A DNA stretch of 64,000 nt from a virus. Positions 57,901 through 64,000 of this stretch are shown here, piece after piece; the first letter of the stretch is position 1, and every line of letters starts with the position of its first letter. Where the stretch lies: IMG/VR virus record IMGVR_UViG_3300035189_000005, positions 10,182-74,181 of that record. One strand, given 5' to 3'. Made by a program: the position numbers and the translations under genes. Under the pieces are notes generated by a model. That model did not search any database. It saw only the letters and a program-made list of their open reading frames with translations, and was not told the origin of the DNA.

Positions 57901-59353
57901 ACTCTCCAGCCATGAAACTGGTGCTGAACCTCTTCTGCCAGTGTTCGATGTCAAGGGTAACGTTGTTGCCTACGAGCGTTCGCTGAACCCAGTGATCATG
58001 GAGCGTACCGCTGCTGCTGATCAGCACTTGGCTAAATCCATCGGTGAATGGCGTGGTCGTCAGTCTGAGGAAGGTATGTCTCAGATCTTCAACGAGAAGT
58101 TGGTTGACCATCTGCACGACATGTACACCAAGGACATTGCCGAATCTGCCAGCAACAAGGCTCAGTACGTCAATCTGTTCGGTGGTGGTCTGGACCCTGT
58201 GCTTCAGGATGCGGTGAACCTGATCAACCCTGAGACCCGCAAGTACGTAGAGAACACCTTTGGTTCGGACTTCATGGTTCGCCGTGACATGCTGAACGAT
58301 GCTCTGGGCTACCGTACTGCTTCCATCGGTGATGCCTGGACTGGCACCACTCGTTGGAGCCCAGCAGTGCAGAAAGTCGTGAAGGACACTGCAATCCTGG
58401 CCTTTGGTAACTCTGCCTACAAGACTCTGGTCAACGCCGAGAAGACCTTGAAGAACATCGTCTCCGATGCCCGAGTCCTGATCGCTGTGAAATCGGTAAT
58501 TGTTCCGATGGTGAACTTGATCTCCAATGGTCTGCAACTGAGTGCACGAGGTGTTTCTGTGAAGGACATCGCCAAGGGCATGCCGAAGAAGACTGCTGAG
58601 CTGGAATCGTATGTTCGTAGCCGGGTTCGTCAGATCGAACTGGAAGCTGAAATGCGTGCAACCACTGACCCGATCAAGACACGTCGCATGGAGACTGAAG
58701 TTCAGTCGATCCAAGATGCGAACAAGCGTCTGTCGATCTGGCCTTTGCTGGAAGCTGGTGAGTTCTCCACCGTTGCTGATGCAGGCATGACCCGCAGTGA
58801 GATGATGCTGACCAGCGGTAAACTTCAGCAGTACATCGAGCATGCGGTAAACAAACTGCCGGGTTCGGCTGCTACCCTGGGCCGGTATGCCCTGATCACT
58901 AAGGACACTGCACTGTTCAAGGCATTGCAGAAGTCTGTCGAGTACGGTGACTTCTTGGCGAAGGCTGTGCTCTACGATGATCTGGTCAACCGCCAAGGCA
59001 AGTCGTCGAAGGAAGCACTGGGCCGGATCACTGAAGAGTTCGTGAACTACGACCGTCTGTCTGGTCGATTCCGTGGCACCTTGGAGAGCATGGGCCTCCT
59101 TTGGTTCTACAACTTTAAGATCCGCTCCACTAAGGTTGGCTTGAGCATGATCCGCAACAACCCGGTTAACACCCTGCTGGCAACCTTGACCCCAGGTGTA
59201 ATCACTCCGCTTACTATGTTCGGTGCTCCTGGCCTGCCTACCTATGACAACCTGCTGACCAAAGTTGTGAATGGCACCCTGACTTACTCGATGGGTCCGG
59301 GCCAAGGCCTACGTGCTCCAGAGTTGAACCCATGGGCACAACTGCTACAGTGA
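48932..59353 (+). CDS. virion-encapsidated RNA polymerase (N4 gp50-like, 3473 aa)
   Basis: SRVGRMQ, motif A EADGMTNG, motif B RGVAKNPLTITLYG, motif C KIFDG; no Cys seen; C-terminal HELIH zincin motif. Confidence 0.97.
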   Translation: MADINSMLSKAAQPNAMLPGPEEDYALLAAQQPAPTPAPVAPQPAGSILADNGVNPWNPPATVPTPSMLPTLSQDKMAAVTAASTDKKAQMATPYQMAAGGPTGSGTQNMSDYEADLRYMDASNLTKKYGSQATSMLLDRVAGQFEYQADASVPNRLGSDVTYDSLSSGLSGLGNALGGIAALGTGVVSNTGGATIAKALGDATEWVQGTQSPELQAARRVMEAKNFLDSRDTQIEFEKNKKTDGEFVASLKRVGHEVVNTLDNATDNSATVMDGISQALGSLFAVGPISKGIAALVPQSTKAGVGLAAAIDAASGSKSAARVLAAAGEHAPVLGSIAAIEGGGAYQQVTADIMGRDHQKLLDESPMYKELIDQGMSQEDAKATVANRTGKLAAAITAPLAAATGTLVSKFEGSPFAAKSLTQVVGNILKEPIEEGIQGGTSQIAQNYAEQQYADQTKALSEGVGRQVAEGALYGLGMTAVTQAPVGAAKVVGAAAPIVGRATLATAAKVGDSLAARADALQAKNEAASPVADATILKAATEAQTTAPQAAATLQEAVQALPAEKQPAAQTYVDKLMTASNFDPAEVSASLAPALEGSTNRVDAIQRLAKMVADAPEGSREQLTAGLNMYDLLAPFAKIVDSDPSAIDAIPANHPASNIIKEYDALMANVQNTPSVLKALGTIQEIVAKQAQAPVDVTNPEDVRNAATVAEMAPDKANLDNNEKILYQASQGNLQITPEQKAALQTSVAILRAAKAADEEAVRLGDQSKAAQVSRNVRTEEGEKGKSALQYAQGVMSAWKAGNTDLATDRLGAMKDFVQHMDNKVAALNTHFAGGDPKANAVTYQALAPNGEWFDSKKGLSVNPTKEGSVKFAQTVAMEAKMLADVYNGLADAFPDLGAKHFDVTSLDSKLNIPANQVVAASSPVAETPAIKPESTVAKPSAPAAPVKVVTPAPVEKVPAPAAKVEKAPVKETVAEPVKTGTAAAFPQLTTVTFAETFKLPTEQLTHTIGSEAPMDFVSNVLKSQTNLVNLVGNAKKQLTPEISKAYAAHLDMGRNLTDTMQSNLSKFLGENKLGERFAAGEEVNRFVAAKALNITETVDGEVVYNQELVEGAALAGLQWIITADSMGSKLDEKDVAGILGIDADLVTPAQLVDMNEGQSVVEAKRNLAQKIRNYWGVKSDSKAQIGNTEGIPESVAAELMRALESEGLIQTKTLYFTADGQLVSGEKPKGVVKTIDRIIPSKLSEESPIRAFPTAIEMAVMKTPEETSYIGSGQKIPVADTQMRNPLVQNTAQQKAAIEAEQSTPYYIQPRMSGLYAALGVDNLIRMFGVPDADEKTMNINHFKSVEGKNRSIIDGFSHLMGQIQQVSNVGDAEGTALDQTPLFYPHNMSRVGRMQMIGKYSPQANKMVREAILPTRSTLDLTNKTGTDYNNFMLGIAQALGVKVHKMTMADSRAKAEALLTGPLSQSVDNLRAWQKGFNADNVLSAADSIAPTTVGNLIQNFKGIGLTPMALHAVMEYSRMLDHPGKDFTTSIYVEADGMTNGPMNAMAMFTTGEFSSSQITNMAKGGFYVNRPDMTANEYNSTQDKKDLYQATTDSLRELMRNQQANFQANNPAANTQLNHLFNLMEEFLGGQLSVSETGDLVLDRGVAKNPLTITLYGAGAGGIAAKIVKQMTDSIYERLSQVAQTKADSKNWADAMFGPQSATPEEAKAKLTKFSQALAALGTQKARLDQKGNVVIEKADAGKPRTEFDPIKFTITPEEFKNMQSNVLALFVGPMREAITEVVGKPLLDTADLLRKATQVQSIYLEAAFRTEIENALAEKAKDPTWKKGDFLTQSELNDIYKKLDHLAPMIKTPNQTFYVAGSQTSDLNLTEFGRAFDGAFRTPAYVYGPANSGVSGIPYLNIGAGDANMMQIIASKEDAVKGTLKIFDGMNMPLDQMHEGSLQANEAVWQTWTANPLQAVSESYSQFMANANLDISESGKEMLVQALFPPKMWKEDVPMEDIRYAMEAMTGQLTTAVEQIEARHNVMNMVNVSVDQMAAVGVPYTRPGKVQLNGTDPASIAAQMNTLYAQELAKIQQAGKTVESVGPEIEALATKHSTGVSLLNSADLANLAQATRMSKDQADVLNQITKSLAAKEYMVVFGSAEQVGQFQQENGFTAPAQLPSGEIGGYTVPADRLVYLINPSSETLVHELIHAATFSNVEAHYSGDAAFARQNPQAVAAIKRSEALMNQFLELDLTQVSPAMVEAYDNATSVINDHLLNGNKAEALNEFMAWALSNRQLQDLTKRTKATKLAQIAQGVWEAIKSMFFRNREAPSKGTDMFSNLMFNTAMLMQRQPSTGARYQESVLFQNSQYGNNDRLVQVAETYGKTIAQYLGKPPTQGQILPSAGVQQALMKSYQVGQLFMSHGFNMDAQQASAFNHIVTALATEAHIDPNSMMAAQQLYSHVTKNLTVESFMTDPESTNPADRYYAQEKFNVIMGRYGAVNDLSGRSTLMPSFLALATVDDGFRKILSEMDLPKTSKNEAKTLDALLENTGNAVMDKLSARMAGTQKATNVQQAIDALHSQVADLVQNRETFIDQMASKSGGLVDRANEIVVDGLTTLSNAAMATATRVQKNASNRITRLAAGAVAGTAAILSQTNGEILSKGIMANINKTKAWEPLHTLINDLVGRTSDNANIYDMIKGTRSVIQSARQQFREHLPELLAEKFSRELTSDEWSTLHAGMGKTDLAALADTRTNEEVRNLLTDPAAMTAEISRLESELSKYDSISFPLVQKKAKQLANYMNTGVPGNNLLRNATAVGGLFGETKLLPFSVKGEKYTKSLDELISLYALDTLPKGTKEALGALAKGEAEGMDFSLSYLKGQRVEELRKTTGQAAANAYKGYIPKSNQEGVSLVVVDDSNYAEMAAKSYVRIGDYEGSSMDRGQPSKGYYFAPVAARASFQQGIMQNVRQTASGVDAVTGYTDGMVAGRITDAAQIKQMARLSSHETGAEPLLPVFDVKGNVVAYERSLNPVIMERTAAADQHLAKSIGEWRGRQSEEGMSQIFNEKLVDHLHDMYTKDIAESASNKAQYVNLFGGGLDPVLQDAVNLINPETRKYVENTFGSDFMVRRDMLNDALGYRTASIGDAWTGTTRWSPAVQKVVKDTAILAFGNSAYKTLVNAEKTLKNIVSDARVLIAVKSVIVPMVNLISNGLQLSARGVSVKDIAKGMPKKTAELESYVRSRVRQIELEAEMRATTDPIKTRRMETEVQSIQDANKRLSIWPLLEAGEFSTVADAGMTRSEMMLTSGKLQQYIEHAVNKLPGSAATLGRYALITKDTALFKALQKSVEYGDFLAKAVLYDDLVNRQGKSSKEALGRITEEFVNYDRLSGRFRGTLESMGLLWFYNFKIRSTKVGLSMIRNNPVNTLLATLTPGVITPLTMFGAPGLPTYDNLLTKVVNGTLTYSMGPGQGLRAPELNPWAQLLQ

Positions 59354-59406
59354 TGATGTAAGCCCACAAGGATGTGGGCTTCTCCCCATCTTCGAGGACT
59401 ACCCAA

Positions 59407-59607
59407 ATGGCTGTTCTTACTGCAAAGAAACGCAATGCCCTGCCCGACTCGGCCTTCGCTGGACCAGATCGCAGTTACCCAGTTCACGATGCTGCACACG
59501 CTGCCAATGCAAAGGCCCGTGCTCGACAGCAGAATGATGCTGGCAACCTGAGTGACTCGGCCATGCGCAAGATCATTGCCCGAGCCAACAAGGTTCTGGA
59601 TGAGTGA
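59407..59607 (+). CDS. small basic protein (DUF6582-like)
   Basis: R.ALPDSAFA.P.R.YP.HD..HA.NA.AR; SD GAGG. Confidence 0.75.
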   Translation: MAVLTAKKRNALPDSAFAGPDRSYPVHDAAHAANAKARARQQNDAGNLSDSAMRKIIARANKVLDE

Positions 59608-59608
59608 T

Positions 59609-59637
59609 TTGACAGTCCTCTATGCGATCACTAAGAT
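59609..59637 (+). promoter_or_regulatory. sigma70 promoter for the tRNA
   Basis: TTGACA-N17-TAAGAT. Confidence 0.8.
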
Positions 59638-59646
59638 AGGTCGCAT

Positions 59647-59724
59647 AGAGGGTTCGCCAAGTCTGGTTAAGGCACCGGGTTTTGATCCCGACACTCCTAG
59701 GTTCGAATCCTAGCCCCTCTTCCA
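59647..59724 (+). tRNA. tRNA-Gln (UUG)
   Basis: Cloverleaf: GCC-AAGTCTGGTTAA-GGC, CGGG-TTTTGAT-CCCG, CTAGG-TTCGAAT-CCTAG, encoded CCA. Confidence 0.9.
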
Positions 59725-59728
59725 AATT

Positions 59729-59760
59729 AAAAAAGACCCCTCAGTTGAGGGGTCTTTTTA
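59729..59760. terminator. bidirectional terminator
   Basis: AAAAAGACCCCTCA-GT-TGAGGGGTCTTTTT between convergent units. Confidence 0.9.
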
Positions 59761-59919
59761 TTTGTCCGAAGGGAAATCGGTCCAGTACATCAGCAGACCA
59801 ATCAGTAGGAGAACCAAGATGACTGCTATCGCTGACGCTGCTGCATGGATCGCTGCCGTGATAGCAGAGATCAAGGCAACAACGAGGAACCCAGCGAGCA
59901 GGATTCCCCGGAAGCCCAT
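59758..59919 (-). CDS. small membrane protein (53 aa)
   Basis: Manual translation MGFRGILLAGFLVVALISAITAAIHAAASAIAVILVLLLIGLLMYWTDFPSDK. Confidence 0.6.
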   Translation of the reverse strand: MGFRGILLAGFLVVALISAITAAIHAAASAIAVILVLLLIGLLMYWTDFPSDK

Positions 59920-60420
59920 TTAGGAGTTCTTCGGACGGTTGAGGCTGGCGAACAGGCTGGTGGCCTTGTTCACCGGAGGCTTGTCTACGGCAGGCGGTTC
60001 TTCTTCCTGCTGTTCCTCCTGCTCATTGTCAGGCTGGTCATCCTCGCCCAGACCTGGATCAAGATGACCACCGGTAGTCACACCAGGGGAGTTGTCCGGT
60101 TCGGTGGCAGTCTCCACTTCCGCAACCTGGACAGGCTCCGTTGGCTTTACCTGAGCTGTCTCCTTGACGACTTCGGTCGGCTTGACCTCTACGGTACGGG
60201 TCTGAGCAGCACGGGCCGTCTGGCGAGTTGCAGCAGGCTTGGCGACCGCTTGGGCCACTTCATCCGCAGGCAGGATCTCGATGACCGCCGTCTGACCTTC
60301 AGGACCACGAGTGGCTTTCAGTTCGACGGTGATGGCCATGCCTTCCTTGATGTTCACGAGATCGTTGACGTAGTTGGTCAGAGCGGTCTCGATGTCCTTT
60401 TGAGTCAGGATCAGTTGCAT
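59920..60420 (-). CDS. conserved N4-like hypothetical protein
   Basis: MQLILTQKDIETAL..YV....ATRG..G..A.I; SLFA C-terminus. Confidence 0.8.
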   Translation of the reverse strand: MQLILTQKDIETALTNYVNDLVNIKEGMAITVELKATRGPEGQTAVIEILPADEVAQAVAKPAATRQTARAAQTRTVEVKPTEVVKETAQVKPTEPVQVAEVETATEPDNSPGVTTGGHLDPGLGEDDQPDNEQEEQQEEEPPAVDKPPVNKATSLFASLNRPKNS

Positions 60421-60424
60421 GTTG

Positions 60425-60994
60425 CTATACCTCTGCGAATAGTCGCATCAAATTTTGGAACACTGGGGTGTTGACCCCAGCGTGAATGGCACCGATGGCA
60501 TCGGCCATGTGTTCGGCTTTGCCCTTGATCACCACGAGTTGGCCTTTTTCTTTCTGCATGGGCCAGTTCGCTTCTGGGTACAAGTTCATTGCCGCCTCGA
60601 TCATCTGATCCTTGGTGGCATTCTTGTTGCCGGTGAGGGCCTTTTTAACCTCGGCAGCGGTTACCTCGATAATCTGGACACCCTCAGAACGTAACGATCC
60701 AAGGATGCCCATAGAGACGCCGTAAGCTTTCATGCCACTGGCACTCTGGGTCCCTACCGGGCACTCACAGAAGATGACTTTGTTCCGTCGTCCCACTGTG
60801 AATACCTTTCCTGCGATGTCCTCACAGCGTTGCAGGTCGTCACTGTTGGTTCGGACCTGCTTCACCTTGGACTTCTCAGTCTGAACGATGTCCAGAACGA
60901 TCCCATCGAGATATCCCGCAATGAGGTCAAGCTGACCCTCAGCAATGCCCCAGTTGGCATAGGCTGGGTCGAACCCAGCTACGGGGATGATCAT
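60425..60994 (-). CDS. RuvC-like Holliday junction resolvase
   Basis: GFDP...NWG, E.P...Q, VKK...G.KNATK..MI, EHMADA. Confidence 0.88.
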   Translation of the reverse strand: MIIPVAGFDPAYANWGIAEGQLDLIAGYLDGIVLDIVQTEKSKVKQVRTNSDDLQRCEDIAGKVFTVGRRNKVIFCECPVGTQSASGMKAYGVSMGILGSLRSEGVQIIEVTAAEVKKALTGNKNATKDQMIEAAMNLYPEANWPMQKEKGQLVVIKGKAEHMADAIGAIHAGVNTPVFQNLMRLFAEV

Positions 60995-61000
60995 GCCGCT

Positions 61001-61744
61001 TTACTTCTTGCCGAACAGCGACTTCTTCGGTGCATCACCAGCAGGCTTGTTACCTGCTACCGGAGGTGTACCGGGTTTACCAGCAGTGCCGTCCTTGATT
61101 TTCCGGCTGTCCTTGGTCTGGCCTTTGTTCTTCTCCAGCCATGCAGCCCAGAAGACACCGCCTTCTTCGACGCCATTGGTGGCTTCGGCGATGGTCTTCT
61201 TGGTTTCGGTGTGCCATACCTTATTGATGGCGTTTTCCTCACGGGTTTCAGCGGTCGGCTGATAGACGCCATTGCCATCTTTGGCGTTCTTGTTCTTCAG
61301 CTCCTTGAGGATGCCGAGAGAAACGGTTTGGCCGACCACGCCGACGCACATGTCCACCGACTTCGGCAGTTCTTTCTTGGCCTCGTAGTCGTAGATGTTG
61401 ATGACCTTCTCTTCCCATTTCTGGGCCGAAAGCGGCTCGCCGGTAGTTGCCAGGCAGATGTCGTTGATGGTGGTGAAGCCAGGCAACGGCACCTTCTTCG
61501 AGTTGTCGTCTTTGTTCAGGAACCAGTTCTCACCCTTTTGGTTCGTGACATAAACGGTTTCGCGGTATTCCTTGCCGCCGTGGACGAATACCAGGGCCAC
61601 GAAAGCGGCACCCTTGTCCGATTTGCCAGCGTAGAAGGCTTTGATGTCGCCAGTGTAGATGTCCGATTCGAGGACGCTGAAACCGCCAATGCGGTCAATG
61701 GCTTCTTCAAGACCTTCGGTGCCCAGATTTGCAAACAAGCTCAT
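61001..61744 (-). CDS. ssb: single-stranded DNA-binding protein (N4 gp45-like)
   Basis: Synteny; LPGF, RE.N.I.K, KKSLFG C-terminus. Confidence 0.88.
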   Translation of the reverse strand: MSLFANLGTEGLEEAIDRIGGFSVLESDIYTGDIKAFYAGKSDKGAAFVALVFVHGGKEYRETVYVTNQKGENWFLNKDDNSKKVPLPGFTTINDICLATTGEPLSAQKWEEKVINIYDYEAKKELPKSVDMCVGVVGQTVSLGILKELKNKNAKDGNGVYQPTAETREENAINKVWHTETKKTIAEATNGVEEGGVFWAAWLEKNKGQTKDSRKIKDGTAGKPGTPPVAGNKPAGDAPKKSLFGKK

Positions 61745-61786
61745 GACTTTTCTCTCTTTCTTTCAGGTTCAGGTGCTTCTCAACGA

Positions 61787-62536
61787 TCAGTCGTTGTAGA
61801 AGGCGTTCAGATGGTCGAGCAATTGCTGGCAGTCGTTATCGATAAACGTCTGCGCTACGGTGAAGCAGCCCATCGGTGAACGGATTCGCTCACCAGTGGT
61901 GTTCTTGGTGATGCGGGTCTGGAACACATGCTTGTAACCCACGGCGATATCATCGTCGGTGATGTGCAGCATGTCGTTTTTATACGGCTCCAGTTCTTCC
62001 AGCGACATTTTCTTGGTCGCAACAACAGTGGAGAAGTAAGCTTCCACACCATTGTTTTTCAAGGCGCCCTTGATGGGCACTCGAACTTCCCAACGGCCAG
62101 CCTTCTCGTTCAGTTCCTTCATGGTGTGAGCCATGATGATTACTGGCCGAGCGAATGCCGGAACTTGGCGTTGCATGATGTCCTTGAAGAACTGGGCATA
62201 ACTGCCCCATGCGGCCTGGGTGTTCGATGAGTTGATGACGTATTGCGTTTCGAACATGTCCATCATGAACGTGGACGAATCGAGCACTGCCCCTTCCAGG
62301 TCAGCACCATCTTCCGAACAAGCAAAATCAAATGCTGCCGGAACTTCATACGGATCGCTGACGTTACCAACTTGGAAACTGTTCTTGAACGGCAGACGCT
62401 TGCCTGCCTCGGTGCACATGTACAACCAGTTGTGCTGATTGCGAATGTTCATGAGACTGGCCGACTTGCCTGTTGCAGATTCCCCGCACACCAGAACCAA
62501 CTGGTCAATGCTGACAATCTTTTCTTCGTCACTCAT
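61787..62536 (-). CDS. Sak4-like AAA ATPase (N4 gp44-like)
   Basis: GESATGKS Walker A, LDS Walker B, ERIRSPMG. Confidence 0.88.
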   Translation of the reverse strand: MSDEEKIVSIDQLVLVCGESATGKSASLMNIRNQHNWLYMCTEAGKRLPFKNSFQVGNVSDPYEVPAAFDFACSEDGADLEGAVLDSSTFMMDMFETQYVINSSNTQAAWGSYAQFFKDIMQRQVPAFARPVIIMAHTMKELNEKAGRWEVRVPIKGALKNNGVEAYFSTVVATKKMSLEELEPYKNDMLHITDDDIAVGYKHVFQTRITKNTTGERIRSPMGCFTVAQTFIDNDCQQLLDHLNAFYND

Positions 62537-62602
62537 GGTTTTCTCCATGGGAATAACAATTCAATAAGCCAAGAAAAGAACTGTCATTCCCTATCCCGTA
62601 GA

Positions 62603-64000
62603 TCAAGGTGCCCGTGTGTACCGCTTAGCCACGGAAGTCATGATGGTCGTGTCGATTTCCGACTCGTCCAATGGTGCTGCCAACTTCTTGTTGAACGCAT
62701 GAACCTGAGCATTGACTGCCATTAGTTCCATGCCATTGTCCACAAGTGCAAAGGCATACTTGATCATTTGATTGTTGCGATTGCCGCTGGCAATACGACC
62801 GGCGAACCAACGCTCCAGATTGTCCAACGACTCGACCTTCTGGAAGTTCTGCTTGAACTGTTCATTCTTCGAAGTGCGTGGGATGAATTCCAACACATCG
62901 AGCAACTCACCTTCCAAGTTGTAGTGATACGTCCCACCATCGAACGTCTCCCACTTCTTTTCTGGTTCATTGGCAGACTCATCAGTCTCGAACGGCAGCC
63001 ACTGCATCACGTTATCCATGAACTCCTTGTACTCCTTTGGTTCTAGCCGCAGGGTGTAGTTCATTGGGATCATGATGCGGAAACGATGTTCAGTTTCCGA
63101 ATGCCGCTTGGTCGTGTAAGTCAGAAACTTGTAGTCCTTCAACATCTCGTGAGCCAACTCAAGAGTTGCTCCCCCATCAACGTCGATGGCGATCATGTTG
63201 AATCCTGGTTTCACCTTCTCCCGTAGACGGTGACCGTCTTTGAAATGGTGGTTACACCAGTGCATGCCGGGGGCCTGAGTCAGTATGTGGAGCTGATCAA
63301 ATGGCACTGTCTCGTAAGGAGTGTCTTTGTCACAGCCTTGATAGTTGTAGGCCCAGTGATCCGAGTAAGAGATGATCATGTTGTCAATGTCAGTCTCTTC
63401 CAGCTTCTCACCCTTGAAGAACTCCAGTTGATCCCGGAAGGTCTTCTTGATGATGGTGTGATTGCTGTAGGCATGACCAATTGCCATGGTCATCATGTCG
63501 TTGCGGAAGCTGTTGCTGCCCTTGTAGAACGGCAGTGCTTCGTGTAGGTCCGAGTGAGTTACCTCGACACCCACATCCCCGATGTAGCGGGCCAACTTCA
63601 CGTAAGCCTTTTCCCGGTTCAGGATTGCCTGGAAGGCGGTGCCCGATTCCTCGACCAGCAGAATTGCTGACTGAAGATGACCCATCTCGATCTCCAGCGA
63701 CTCATCCACAAAGGCCAATGCACCGGCCAGTTTCAGAGCTTTGAAGTAGCGGTGACTCAACTCGGCCTTACGAATTTCTTCGTGGTCCGGCATTGTCTCG
63801 GCCAGCTTCTCGCATTCGATCTTGTAGGTCAGCAGGGCGATGCCAACGTCATCTTCGACGGACATCTTCCAGTTGAACATGCCAGGATCGGCCAGCTTGT
63901 GGAAATGGTTTGCCCACTTCGCCACGCTGGCCGAGTTGCCCGGTTGAATCAGGTTGGCGTAGATCTCAGCCGGTGACAGCGTGTTATACGCCTTCTCCGT
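62603..64000 (-). CDS. DNA primase (N4 gp43-like), N-terminus outside the window
   Basis: AIDVDGG, YTTKRH, RFRI, PriCT-like GNRNN...PL...E. Confidence 0.88.
   Translation of the reverse strand, partial: TEKAYNTLSPAEIYANLIQPGNSASVAKWANHFHKLADPGMFNWKMSVEDDVGIALLTYKIECEKLAETMPDHEEIRKAELSHRYFKALKLAGALAFVDESLEIEMGHLQSAILLVEESGTAFQAILNREKAYVKLARYIGDVGVEVTHSDLHEALPFYKGSNSFRNDMMTMAIGHAYSNHTIIKKTFRDQLEFFKGEKLEETDIDNMIISYSDHWAYNYQGCDKDTPYETVPFDQLHILTQAPGMHWCNHHFKDGHRLREKVKPGFNMIAIDVDGGATLELAHEMLKDYKFLTYTTKRHSETEHRFRIMIPMNYTLRLEPKEYKEFMDNVMQWLPFETDESANEPEKKWETFDGGTYHYNLEGELLDVLEFIPRTSKNEQFKQNFQKVESLDNLERWFAGRIASGNRNNQMIKYAFALVDNGMELMAVNAQVHAFNKKLAAPLDESEIDTTIMTSVAKRYTRAP

Noticed and set aside
40303-59305. 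Very long antisense ORFs (e.g. 40303-42663, 46256-48709, 51170-53839, 57377-59305)
   Set aside because: Codon-aligned shadows of strongly biased sense genes; no RBS or recognisable motifs.

Overview
About 64 kb of an N4-like (Schitoviridae) lytic phage genome, apparently a circularly permuted assembly with the physical ends near 21.8 kb. The host is probably a Gammaproteobacterium, possibly Pseudomonas (inference only). Early and middle genes run on the - strand from about 21.7 kb leftwards: gp1-like, gp2/Drc, the two-subunit RNAP II, an Ig decoration protein, HNH, AAA + vWA peptidase, dCTP deaminase, ThyX and rIIA. Late genes run on the + strand from 23.2 to 59.7 kb: terminase, tail/receptor-binding proteins, lysis cassette, portal, capsid, ejection proteins, the 3473-aa virion RNA polymerase and tRNA-Gln. 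Replication genes (RuvC, SSB, Sak4-like ATPase, primase) are on the - strand at the right end. The most unusual element is a ~1 kb non-coding array at 7.7-8.7 kb of at least five structured RNAs. Three share a leader-hairpin / acceptor-stem / NCCA module, and two of those are giant tRNA-like RNAs with 15-bp acceptor stems, canonical D and T arms and 65-83 nt inserts in place of the anticodon loop. Also notable: roughly 10-fold enrichment of the heptamer TTGGTTC/GAACCAA, an inverted two-gene glycine-zipper cassette, a tri-domain putative anti-defence sponge fusion, and an Ig domain split across two coupled ORFs. All calls come from motif reading and synteny, with no database searches.
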